The notes: a model not told the origin generated them from the sequence alone. 64,000 nucleotides of DNA from Eledone cirrhosa (GCA_964016885.1 OZ024761.1:18910001-18974000), one strand, 5' to 3'; shown: positions 15,555-28,079, counted from the first letter of the stretch. Numbers and translations are program-made.

Positions 15555-17977
15555 TAGAAGAGGTAAGACGAGTCGCACCCAAAGTACGACATTTGGCTGT
15601 TTCTAGCAGGTTTAGAATTTACTATTTTCCAAACAGAATTCTGTTTTACACCCCCTCACTCTAAACTCGATTTCAAATTACCGGGTAGTTTGTTGAAGCA
15701 CGGTTCAACTGAAATATCTACACCGGTAACTTAATTAGTGTTACACCGGTATACCTGAGGCATAAACTTTTTGGCATTCTTCGAAGGAGGTACTGGTTTT
15801 TTCGCTGTCTTAAATGGAGTATATACGCACACACATAAATTAATGTTTATCTCTGTACAAAGAGATTAACATCATTTCTTAAATTATTATTTAGGGTTTT
15901 ACAACAAAACGTATTGTATGTGTAATTATACATACATTGAATTTAAGTATTTATTTTTTAATTTTACATACATTTTAGTAGTATATATATATATTCATTT
16001 GTGTGTGCGTTAATTTCGTGGGTAACTGCAGTTAACGTTCGTCTCGTGTTGGGTTTTATTACAGAGTTAAAGTGACTGTAGAGTGTGAATAAAAAAGTAA
16101 GAAAGATCGAAAACACTGTTGCTGTATAGATATATATAAATTTTATTGGCACATTAAAATTGTTTCAATATTGATAGTTCGGAGTACAATCATAATATGT
16201 ATATATTTTTCACATGAAATCAATATTCAAACTGACCCCAGTGTGTTTATTTTAAAGCGACGAAATTCTACCTCCCAGGGATTTGAACACAGTTTCATGT
16301 TACTGGGTGGTACGATGAAGCAGAGAGAGAGAGTATAAAATCGCTACACTGGTGGCATATTTAGTGTTTCACCGGTTTTCTTATAACAACACACTGGATA
16401 CGACGTGCATGATAGAGGTAAAGTTTTATTTGTCTTCCGTGTTAGAGTATAACTGTATTCTTAACTATGCAATGATAGCATCTCAGTCACTAATTTCATC
16501 TCTTTGGAGGTTACTGCTCTGATGTCATCTCTTCCACTAAGACACTCTCCACAGCCTTGCCTCTCCTCGTAACATCACCCAAAGTTGTATCAATCTCCAC
16601 AAAGCCAACACTTCTCATTATGTCTAAGAAAGCCACCTCAAGCAAGTGTTTCGACGTGTGTGTGTGTAGAATAAACGCAAGGTTTGACGGAACAAGAACA
16701 TAAAAAATATTCCTTCTGATATATATATATCTTGTACATTGTATTATATTAAGGTGTTTCTGTAAATTAAAAACAATGAAAGCGACCCCTAAATTTAACG
16801 TCACTTTCATATTAAGACATTCTTCATCTTCATAGTAAGTTAAATCAAGGGTTTACTACTTAGTGTATTTATGTGTCTTTGTATCATCTCCAAAGTGAAT
16901 CACGCTTATTTATATGCTGACTGTGTTACCACTAGAAAGAGAAAAATAAAGTTTTAAATGGGATGACTACGTGATCAAATCAAGCAAATTCGTTACAGTG
17001 TGAGGATAAAAAAAGTTAATGTTTTAAGTTGATTCGAAATCCAACCACGGCATTCCCCAGTCCTACGTCTTACCACTAGACTATAAAGACTTAAGTGATT
17101 TGCTTTTGAATATTTACATATATAAACTTATTTTTAGTCTAATAATAAAATAGCTTTAAATGTGTTTATTTTCACTCCGTATTTGTTGGTCTGTAGGTGG
17201 CCGTGTGGGTAGTTGTGGTGTATCTATGCATCAATTCAGTGTGTATAGATTTGGAGATAGGGTTTCGATCTTCTACTTTATTTTAAAGATTGGTCTCTAT
17301 CTTCTGGGCTACCCGGAACCACGATCATCTCGAAGCCACCCTTTTAGTTCCCCCTCCGCTCGAACCTACACTACCACCACTTTACCAGACACCCGCCAAG
17401 CGGCCGTAATTCTACTGGGCAAATTTCATATATTTAAATCTATTTTAGCATTTCTTTAATAAAGAACCACATACGATGTTTGACATAATTGAAAAGAAAA
17501 AAATATTCTTTTACTATTTCATAAGCTCTGGCAGGTATCGAAAACCTCGTATGTAGATTCGTTTTACTTACGTCAAAAACACAAACATGTATATATAATA
17601 ATAATTTTTTGATAACTTTACAGTGACAAAATACATACATCGATAGGGTTTCCAATCTCAGAAATATTTCCACTAGAGATGTGTGTGTGTGTGTGTATCT
17701 TTATTATTCCTTTGAAAAGTAGTTTTAATTAAATTTTTTTATATATTTCACTATTTCCAAAGTCCTGGCAGGTATTGCAACTCCATCTGTAGATTCATTT
17801 AAATACATTGTTTTTGACTTACGTGAAATTAAATATATAATTTGTTTTTAAATTTTGTTACCAAAATAAAGTACCAAAATAAAAACACATTAGTAAGGTT
17901 TTCAGTCCCTTAAATGCGTAGTTGTTATAGACACTGTCGTATTTAACTTCAATTAAACAAAACTTATAAATAGGCAA

Positions 17978-18166
17978 TAATTGTTTCTACTTTAGGCACA
18001 AGGCCAGCAATTAACCAGTACATTACTGGTACTTTATTTTATCGACCCCGTAATGATGAAAGGCAAAGTTAACCTCGGCGGAATTTGAACTCAGACTGTA
18101 AAGGGACGTAACTATGCTAGAAAGCATGGCGTCCGACCCTCTACCGATACTGCCAATCCACCGTCG
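17978..18166 (-). mobile_element. tRNA-derived CORE-type SINE with target-site duplication ggcaataat
   Basis: Minus strand has A box tggcagtatcgg, B box gagttcaaattcc and the gcctttcatc...gtcgataaaata core. Absent at the equivalent site (~600) in the other array units. Confidence 0.85.
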
Positions 18167-19218
18167 GCAATAATGAAGACAATTCTGACCAAGATTAGAC
18201 AACTCTCACATCCATATTAGCCTCTGCAAATTCAGTAGACCACTTAACTTTATTAATAATCAGAAAACAAGACCACTTATTGACAATAGACCAGACAAAA
18301 CATTTAACAAGAATTATTACAACGATGGTGCGAGAAGATCGTGGTTTCTAAATCAGAGAATGTTTCTTTAACAAACACAAGCATATAAAAAGTAGAAGGG
18401 ATATTGACAGTGCATAGAACGAGGAAATAACTTTTATCAAATAGATTTTCTAGTGGCTAGGAACTTAGTAGCGCCAGTTATAATTGTTTTACAGGTGTTC
18501 AGTAAGTATTTTTCTATTGAAATCAAACTTAAAGGTATACTAAAGCCACAGACGTTTTTATATATATGTACCTAAAGTAAAAAAACGTACGAATTATTAC
18601 AAGCAGTGTAAACACGAATTAAAGCTAATAAATGTACCAAGAAGGCTACCTCAAGATTTGCAATTCATTCAAGAAGAAATCAAACTTATGCATATGTCGA
18701 CGACATAATTATGGCTAGAGAGGACATGAAGAATCTACAACTAGAGGTGGAAGACAAGAGAAACGACCATCCTACCTGAAATATTATGTTATGATATTAA
18801 ATATTTCTTATACTGTCATGTTTTTTCTTTAAAACGTTTGAATCTCAATAAAGTGGAGAAAACTATTATATACAGTTGTTATAACTTATTATTTCTATCT
18901 CTTCACATTAAAGTGAAGTGTATAAATATATATCTATATATATATAAATATTTGTGTGTGTGTATGCATCTATACACATGTATGTATATGTATATATATA
19001 TTTACATACACACATATATTATATATATATGTATATAGACACACACGCATATATATATATATATATATATTTATGTATATAGATATTCGTATAAATATAC
19101 CGTATATTAGTCCATGTATTCACATATAGTTGTACCCGGGTATTTGCGGGGGTTACGCTCTTAGACCATCCGCGAATATTGGACGTGGACCATAAAATTG
19201 CCCATAAGCGTCAAAATA

Positions 19219-19409
19219 TAATTGTTTCTACTTTTGGCACAAGGCCAGAAATTACCCAGTGCATTACTGGTACTTTATTTTATCGACCCCGAAAGGATGA
19301 AAGGCAATGTTAACCTTGGCGGGATTTGAACTCAGAAAGGCAAAGGCCGTAACTCTATACGTCAAAGTATGGCGTCCGACCCTCTACCAATACTGCCAAT
19401 CCACCGCCC
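19219..19409 (-). mobile_element. Same SINE family (further copies or fragments at 24068-24168, 35258-35312, 36445-36560, 37234-37425; related copies at 21822-21965, 52840-53030)
   Basis: Near-identical to 17978-18166 (aattgtttctactttt/aggcacaaggcc...ggcgggatttgaactcag). Confidence 0.85.
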
Positions 19410-19592
19410 TATAATAAAAATAGAGAGAGCGCCTTATGCGAAAGGAGCGTCCAATAGACCGTTAAATACGGTGTATTGTTATTAACAATTTAGCGTTAAC
19501 AAAATATATTGCAACTAAAAAAGACCGCGTAGATATTTACGCTTCCGCAAATATGCAGTGGTTTCCACGCATAATTATTAGTTAGGTTCTAA

Positions 19593-19720
19593 AGCACATG
19601 GCTTAGTGGTTAGAGCATTGGGCTTGCACTCGAAAGGTTGTGAGTTCAATTCTCAGACCGGGTGATGTGTTGTTTCCTTGAGCAAGACACTTTATTTCAC
19701 ATTGCTCCAGTTTACTCATT
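19593..19720 (+). mobile_element. Second tRNA-derived SINE family (copies at ~50618-50920 + and ~25790-25915 -)
   Basis: A box tggcttagtggttag, B box gagttcaattc, then ccttgagcaagacactt...ttgctccagt. Confidence 0.75.
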
Positions 19721-19960
19721 CCACTGCAAAGTGGACGTGTAGGTGCCACGGCAAAAAAGCACCCAGCACTCACTGTAAATGAGGTTGGTGTTAGGAAGGG
19801 CATCCAGCTGTAGAAATCAAGCCAGAATCAGTTCCCGTCCCACCCTTGCAAGCAGGGAAAAGTGGACGTAAAATGATATATATATATTCATAATTTATAT
19901 TTTTAAGGGAGACAACTCTTCAGTTATTCATCAGGAATAATTGAAATATATGTATGAATA

Positions 19961-19998
<38 letters not shown>

Positions 19999-20001
19999 TC
20001 A

Positions 20002-20515
20002 CGAGGGGGCTTCAAAAGGTGTGTGGAAAAAGTACATATGCAGGGATTTTGATCTTAATGCACCTGTACATTCTCGTACTAACGTGTCATAACATGTTCT
20101 AGCATGGTCCCTTAAATGCATGTTGCAACGCGGCGCTGCCAGTCGAAAAATCAGCACCTGCTGGAGCAGCATGGCCTCCATCAAAACATCAATTTCATGG
20201 TGAAGCTAGGGTGGCAGAGCAGCCAAATCATTGACGCTCTAGAGCAAGTTTATGGGGACAATGCCCCAAAGAAACCAACAACCTACAAATGGATAAGTCA
20301 TTTTAGAAATGGAAGAGATGAGGTTGAAGAAGACACCCAGTTGAAGATGTAAAAAAAAAAAGCTGCTTTGACATGGTTTAAATCGCATGGCCCTCAGTTT
20401 TACAGATGAACTTAAAGGCTGGTATTAACACTTGCATATGTTGAAAAATAAACATCATAACTTAAACCGTTTTTCCCAAATGTCCTTTTTCCACAAACTT
20501 TTTGAAGCCCCCTCG
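20002..20515 (+). mobile_element. Internally deleted mariner-type DNA transposon
   Basis: TIRs cgagggggcttcaaaag / tttttgaagccccctcg followed by TA. Encodes a mariner N-terminal HTH remnant (NFMVKLGWQSSQIIDALEQVYGDNAPKKPTTYKWISHFRNGRDEVED). Confidence 0.88.
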
Positions 20516-20519
20516 TATA

Positions 20520-21480
20520 TCATTGTCACCACTTTGCGTCCATTCTTCCACGCTAGCATGGGTTAGACAAGTTGTTCTCTCGTGGGTAATGCTGTCAGGT
20601 AACCACGTGAGAATTAATTTTGGCTTTGTTTCTACAGCTGGTTGCCCTTCCTCATTTACAGTGTGGACTGGGTGCTTTTTGCCGTGTCACCATCACAACC
20701 ACTTTACTGTGTGGGCTGGGGTTTCACTGGATGCATACTTTGGCCTGTCCTCATGGGGGATGTATAGGAAGGTAGGGTGGGTCATTCTATATATATATAT
20801 GCTTCAGCTTTGCCCCGTGCCCTTGGGAAGTCGGGTCTTTCGTATTACTGCATAACACCAAAGATCTTGGTCCATCGCCTTTGAAAGGAGCAATTGGGTA
20901 AGATTGGCTTTTATCATCTCATCCCAAGTCTTCCATCAACTTTGAACGCTCTGCAACTTTGTAGGCAGCTGTCATCCTTCATACGCATCACATGTCCACT
21001 TTCTCCAGATCAACAAATATCAGGTAGAGTGGCTTACTTTTAGCTAGGTACTTCTGTAACTGCTTCACCAGGAAGAGAGCATGTGGGGCTTTTACCTGGT
21101 ACAAATCCAAACTGCATCTCATCCAGATTTACCTGGTCCCTAATCAGCTGTGCTATAACTCTTTCTGTTACTTTCATGACCTGGTCCATCAGCTTTATAC
21201 CTCTCTAGTGCATCTCCTTTACCCTTGTAGCAGTTGACAATGATGCTGCTGTGCCAATCATTTGGTATGACACCATTTAGTATTACTTGGTTTATAATAT
21301 GTGTAGTTATGGTGTGACCTACCGACCCAGATGCTTTCAGCATCTCGGCAACTATTCCCCATGGACTGGCTGCTTTCCCAGTCTTCATATCCTTAATTGC
21401 CTTACTTACTACACTGCTGCTAACTTGTACTGTTGGGCTCTCTATGGAGTCCATTTGGGGTAGGGTCTCTTTCATAATGG
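20520..21480 (-). mobile_element. Decayed RTE-clade LINE: reverse transcriptase fragment plus 3' end
   Basis: AIKDMKTGKAASPWGIVAEMLK...IPNDWHSSIIVNCYKGKGD, then MQFGFVPGK and YLIFVDLE in shifted frames, then GHVMRM and TWDEMI C-terminal motifs. Frameshifts and a large deletion are present. Confidence 0.88.
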
Positions 21481-22924
21481 CTCACCATACATATTTCTTC
21501 TTGGCACCTGCGCCTTCAAGGTTGATTGGCAGAGAAAGATAAAATCGACCCGTCAATAACTGACTGCCATTTTATTCAGGTACCTTGAAAAAAAGGAGAA
21601 AAGTTGACCTCGGCTGCAACGAGTATAGAGGCATTTATAATACGACGTCCGTAACAGCTCATAATGCATGATATGTGGTCGCGAAATGTGTGCTGCTTTG
21701 ACTGAATTTAACTAGACTATTAGAGAAGGTGAGGGACTATATAATACCTAAGACTTACTTTATGTCAGTACGGTGTTCCTACGACACCACCAAAATTATG
21801 GGTACATATATATACATACTTAGGCGGCGAATTGATAGAGTCGTTAGAACGTAAGTTAGAATGTTTTGCGGTATTCGTTGCAGATATCTGCTCTCTTGAG
21901 TTCAACTTTGCCTTTCATCCATTCGAGGTCGATATAAAATTGTACCAGTCAAGTACTGGGATCGATTCTTCTTCTATATCTCTTACTCTCTCTATCCTTC
22001 TCTGGAGGAAATCTGCTGTAGGCAGACCTGGAGAGGAGATGGCTCCACCAGGTATTTTTTTAAATATCCTAGAAACACCGTATGTCAATACGCCACCTCA
22101 CAGCTCCCTCAGGAGTTACGGGACCATACATAATTATATACATACAAATATAATACCAATCTAGTACTGGGGTCAATTCTTCCTCTATATCTCTTTCTCT
22201 CCTTCTCTGGAAAAAAATCTGCTGTATTCAGACCTGAAGAGAAGATGGACTCCGCCAGTCTAAAAAAAAAGCTCTAGAAATGCCGTATGACAATATGGTA
22301 TCTATACGACTTCCCAGGAGTTATGGGACCGAACTGTACCATAATTATGTTAAGAACATATATAATAAACATGTTTACGAAGTGTTCTATGAATCTAAAG
22401 GGCCAAAATACAGTTTATACCCAAACATAGAAAAGAAATAATACTTAACCTCGTACATAAATGCATTATCAAAAACACGTTCGTGTGGAAATACCGGTGT
22501 AAAAGTAAATTACGTCCCCGGTGTAAAAGTAAAATATCTCACCAGTGTAAAAGTAAAACATGGAGCCAGTGTAAAGATTTCATATTCCCATTGCTTTGTT
22601 GTACTACAAGGTTACTTGAAATTATTAGATTATCAGGAAGTTGGACGAAGTAGATATAAAGTTAAACACACACACATAGATACATACATATATATATATT
22701 ATATATACACGGAGGAGAAAGCACCTTCTTCAAGACTTGGCTGTCAAATTCTTTCACATGTGTGTAGTAGTGGCGCCCACACACATTATTAGCTATTTGA
22801 AAAGATGATGGATTTCGCAACTAACTGCACCGGGGTTCCTGAATTCTGGGGCATAAGAGTGAGATCCGTCATCTCGACGAATGAATGGATGATATATACA
22901 CACACACATACATATATATACATA

Positions 22925-24690
22925 TCATCATCACCATTTAACGCCCATTTTCCAGGCCGGCATGGGTTAGATGAGCTATCCAATTGTGAGCAATGCCAGT
23001 TTAAGTGACCATTTCTTGCTCATACAGAACCAATTTCTGGCATGGTTTCTACAGCGGGATGCCCTTCATTGTGGCAACCTCATTTACAGTGAGTACTGGC
23101 TGCTTTTTTTTTGTGACCCCTACACGACCACTTTACAGTGTGGGCTGGACACTTTTTGCCATGTCACCTACATGACCGCTTTATAGTATGGGCTGGAGGC
23201 TTCACTGGAAGTATACATTGGTCTGTCCTCATGGGAGTGTGGGGTGGTGTGGTGCATACTATATATATGCTTTAGCTTTGGCCTGTGCTTGTGGTAAGTG
23301 GGGTCTTCTGCATTACTGCGTAACAGCAGAGATCTTGGTCCTGTGTCATCGCCTTTGAGGTGCAATAGGGCGAGGTCAGCTTTTATATATGGCCTGGGCT
23401 AATACTTGCCAAAGGTAACCAAAATTATATAAATACATACATGTGAGGACCTTTCTGTCTGTTGTGTCAAGGACATGACAGACTCCCTAGAGTTTGGTGA
23501 ACTACATGATAAACACACCCAGTACACTCTGTTAAGTGATTGGTGAAAGGAATGGCATCCAGCTGTAGAAGGCTTGCCAAACAAAGGGTTGGGAGGACCT
23601 TTCAGTTTGTGTCAAAACATGACACCTCTTGGGCAGTTGGTAGAATGTGAGACAATAAGTCAGCGAGATGACGGATCCCTTGGCCTGTCTGGGAGGTTAG
23701 TAGTCTCATTTCAGTACTGACTTGGTGTATGTAGACCTGTCCAACCCTTGCTAGCAGGTGGAGCTGATGTTAAATAATGATTATGATGATATACATACAC
23801 ACATATCTTTACATCACTTACACAAACATATATGTATATATATCAGCCCACACTGTAAATTGGACATGTAAAAGACACAGTAAAAAGCACCTATCACACA
23901 CTGTCAATGTGGTTGGCATTAAGAAAGGCATCCAGCCAGAAACGCCCCTGTATGGGTGAGACACGATCACCCGACCCAACTTGCCTCTAAATAGGACCCA
24001 TCTAACCCATGCTAGTGTGGAAGATAGACGTTTATCGATGATGATATGTATATATATAACTTTAATAATAATTGTTTCTACTTTAGGCACAAGGCCAGCA
24101 ATTATCCAGTACATTACTGGTACTTTATTTTATCGACCCCGTAAGGATGAAAGGCAAAGTTAACCTCGAAGTGTTGCTATTATTGGGTTTATACTTAACC
24201 AGAAGGTTTAAAACTCAATGTAGTAGAGTTCATGCAGAGCTGATATATACCAAAGAGTCAATATGTTCTCTAACACGTGTTTCAACTGATAGAGATTCCT
24301 GAGGATGTGAGTCTATAAAATCAGGAATCTTAGAATTTTAAGAAGAAAGAATTTTTATCTAAGGTTCCATTATGATTTTTTACTTCGATCATGGGAAATA
24401 ACCTGTATGATATATATATATATATATATCCTACTCATATATATGGGGTTCCTCCAAAGGGTCTTTGGTGTAACATTGCTCAATAGAGTGGTCTGTCCTC
24501 ATGGGAGTGTGGTGCATACTATATGCTTTAGCTTCGGCCTGTGCTTGTGGTAAGTGGGGTCATTACTGCGTAACAGCAGAGATCTCGGTCCTGTGTCATC
24601 GCCTTTGAGAGGTGCAATTGGGCAAGGTCAGCTTTTATATATGGCCTGGGCTAATACTTGCCAAAGGTAACCAAAATTATATAAATACAT
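22925..24690. mobile_element. Cluster of RTE-tail-derived short repeats (also at 19730-19880, 25565-25750, 26240-26340, 27680-27935, 30250-30400, 34200-34300, 58040-58175)
   Basis: Recurrent ggaagggcatccagctgtagaa, ctagcatgggttagac and catcatcat...ttaacg(t/c) motifs, the same as the tail of the 20520-21480 LINE. Confidence 0.7.
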
Positions 24691-26153
24691 ACATGGAGAT
24701 CAGAGAGTCGCTGCTCTTCCAAGTTCACAGCTTTGATCTCTTAATTCGGAGGAACAGTGGCTATGGGCTTGTAGTTAGAATATCTCAAGAAAGAATCGCT
24801 GGCAAGACCCTGAGAAAGATGGCTGGATAACATCCATGAGATTGGCTATCTAGCCAGATCAGTTGGAGGGAGTTGACAGAACCCGCTGAAAGAGTGTTTG
24901 AGGACTCTGCTTCCACAACCCTCCCAAGATTAAGTGGGCGAATAAGACACACACACACATATATATATATACATCACACGTACACAAACATATATATATA
25001 TACATCACACGTACACACACATATATATTCACACGTACACACATATATATATACATCACATGTACACATATATATATACATCACACGTACACACACCCAC
25101 GCATATATATATATATTCACACATACATACATACACACACACATATATATATATTCACATGCATGTACACAAATTCACATCTCACCCACCTACATGTTTA
25201 CATCACACACACATATATCATCATCATCGTTTAACGTCCATGTTCCACGCTTGCATATATATATATATATATATATACATATCACATACACACACACACA
25301 TATATATACATGTGTATATATGTGAAGAAAAAATGGAAAACTTAGAACATTAAAATATTTTATTTCTGTACAGATCTATTCTTAGTTTCTCTGGAGAATT
25401 GTTCAGCTCCATGAGAGGATTCTACCTCAATACCACCTTGTTGTTGATGTTGATGTTGTTGTTCAGACCAGAAAAATCCTGTTTTCAGTACTTTTGATAC
25501 CAAATCACATAAAACTGCCTTTGGTTCTTTGATAAAAGGATATTTATTTAAAAATATTTTTTATTCATCATCATCACCATTTAACGTTCATTTCTCCATG
25601 CTAGCATGGGTTAGACGAGTTGTCCTATTGTGAGACAAGCCAGATCAGATGACCATGTCTTGCTCATACAAAACTGGTTCTGGCTTGGTTTCTACAGCTG
25701 GATGCCCTTCCTAACACCAACCACATTTACAGGGTGGACTGGGTGCTACGTGTATTTTTGCTTATCCCGGTTTCATGGCGCGAAGCAACTGAGAGTTCAA
25801 GACTTCCCCCAGGACAGGATGCCAGTCTATCACAAGGTTAAACCCCAAGCTATAGCTGATACTCATTTTCATCTGAGTATACTGGAGCAACGTGAAATGA
25901 AGTGTTTTGCTCACACCATTATGATCATAAGTCCAACAACCCTTACAACTAGGTCACGTACTCTCAGTTGCTTCATGCCATGAAACCAGGATAAGCAAAA
26001 ATACACGTAGCACCCAGTCCACCCTGTAAATGTGGTTGGTGTTAGGAAGGGCATCCAGCTGTAGAAACCAAATAGGTCCAGAAATAGCCGTCGAAACGGC
26101 TTGAGCTTTGCTGTCGGTGTCTTAAATATTTTCCTATATATACATATATATAC

Positions 26154-26208
<55 letters not shown>

Positions 26209-26821
26209 TTTACATGCATGTATTCGTACATACACATATGTGGACCTTTCAGTCATGTCAAGGACATGACAACCTCTGTCGTGTTGGTAGCCTACATGAT
26301 AAACACACCCAGTACACTCTGTAAAGTGGTTGGTGATAGGAAGGTCACTCATTTCATGAGAGTATCTTAATCAGCCAATGAACTACTTAACTGATCCCTA
26401 ATAAAAAAAGAAAATAGGAAAGAACATACAGACATTCCCCTTTTATCAGTACATTTCTTTCTCTTTACCCTGAATGTCTTGATAAGAAGTGAAACCGGCA
26501 GAGTTCCATGCTGGAGATGTAAACATTTTTTCATTTTTTTCTGCTATGATAAAGTTTCTAAATAGATTTTCTTTTCAACTTTTTAATAGAAGTTCATTTG
26601 GTGGAATTTCTGAAGTTTTTACGGTATATATATATATATAGATAGATATATGGTATACATACACAACAATAAGAATACTTTAAGGGTCATTTTTCCCTGC
26701 TATAGCAGGGGTTGCTATTGAGGATCTCATGGTGGCCCTTCATATGCCCTTTTCCATATTTTTCGAGACAGTAAGGGGCTGTAATGGTTTAAAAGGTATG
26801 CTTGGCTCCCTTATATCATTG

Positions 26822-26943
26822 TCATGTTGTTCTTGTTGTGGTGGTGGTGGTTTGGGCAGACCTGTAGTTACTAACTTCTAACTGTGACGTTAGTATCCCG
26901 GAGCAACTTTCGTAGATTTCCGCCTTGACTTTCTCTCTCTCCT
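26822..26943 (-). CDS. POP5: POP5 coding exon 5 (EEREKVKAEIYESCSGILTSQLEVSNYRSAQTTTTTTRTT*)
   Basis: ttttctttcag acceptor, phase-compatible with exon 4. ERE...SC resembles the POP5 C-terminus. Total CDS is 489 nt (162 aa plus stop). The exact 3' end is less certain. Confidence 0.8.
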
Positions 26944-27011
26944 CTGAAAGAAAATATTTTGAAAAAATGGTCAGAAAATTATATAAAAAATAATACATAC
27001 ATATATATATA

Positions 27012-27545
27012 TATAAATTAATAAAAATGAATAAAAACAAAGAAACAGTTCTTTATATTAAAAAATTCATCATTTTACGATCGTTTCTAGGATATATATG
27101 TGTGTGTTGGTATGTATATAATATAGATCTATGTAAAAGTTTTACAAACTATCAGAGGGAATATACATACCTACACATATATATGCTGTCTTCAGGAATA
27201 ATATTTTTTTAATAAATAATATTATTCCTGAAGACAGCATATATATGTGTAGGTATGTATATTCCCTCTGATAGTTTGTAAAACTTTTACATAGATCTAT
27301 ATGATATACATACCAACACACACATATATATCCTAGAAACGATCGTAAAATGATGAATTTTTTAATATAAGGAACTGTTTCTTTGTTTTTATTCATTTTT
27401 ATTAATTTATCTTGGCTCTGTTTTCCTGTGTTTTTCATCGAAAAAATTTTGAATACATCTTCTCTTTTCATGATATTTGGATTACATTGAGTTCTTCATA
27501 CGGATTGGACACTACCGTATATTTTGGTAGATTTATCTACATATA
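27012..27545 (+). mobile_element. PLE-type 3' end with inverted 5' copy (palindrome 27012-27410), in POP5 intron 4
   Basis: ~195-bp arms with a hammerhead fold; the tail ends at (TA)n. The same tail recurs at 33160-33355. Confidence 0.7.
27221..27354 (+). ncRNA. Hammerhead ribozyme-like fold with ~100-nt stem II (mirror copy on minus strand ~27066-27203)
   Basis: attattc-CTGAAGA-[...atatatatgtgt...acacatatatat...]-GAAA-cgatcg-TA-aaatgat. Stem III is palindromic; stem I has one mismatch next to the core. Confidence 0.65.
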
Positions 27546-28044
27546 TATATATATATATATTGTTATACTTTGGGAGTGTCATGCTGCCAATATAAACACA
27601 CGCACCTGTTGATTTTCACTTTATTATAAATTTCCAGTTGGTTAGTTTAATAACCCGATAGTTATTTATTTGTTTAATATAGAGGTAGTGCTGGTACCAT
27701 GATAAAAAGCACTCGGTCCACCCTGTAAAATTGTAGTGCTCGTTCCATGATAAAAAGCACTCGGTCAACTCTGTGAAATAGTAGTGGTGGTACCATAAAA
27801 AAACACCCAGTTCACCTAGTAAAGTGGTAGTGCTGGTGACAAAATAAAAAGCACCCACTCCACTCTGTAAAGTGGTTGGCATTTGAAATGCGACAAACCA
27901 TCTAACACATACTAGCGTGAACAATAGATGTAAAACGGTGACAGTGACATGACAATGATGGTGATGATGATGATGTTGATGATAAAGACTGTGATGATGA
28001 TGATGATGATGACGATTACGATGGTGGTTATGATGATAAAGACT

Positions 28045-28079
<35 letters not shown>

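Larger units (their letters stand above)
1..19520. repeat. Tandem array of a ~6.27-kb unit (starts at 1, 6276, 12539; more diverged partial copy ~17950-19520)
   Basis: cagatattgaaatcctatctctag recurs at 1, 6276 and 12539 (periods 6275 and 6263). ORF-track entries recur at the same period. Units differ by SNPs, small indels and microsatellite lengths. Confidence 0.97.

Noticed and set aside
17978-18166. tRNA gene
   Set aside because: Only A and B boxes are present, with no cloverleaf. It is multi-copy with a SINE core and a TSD.
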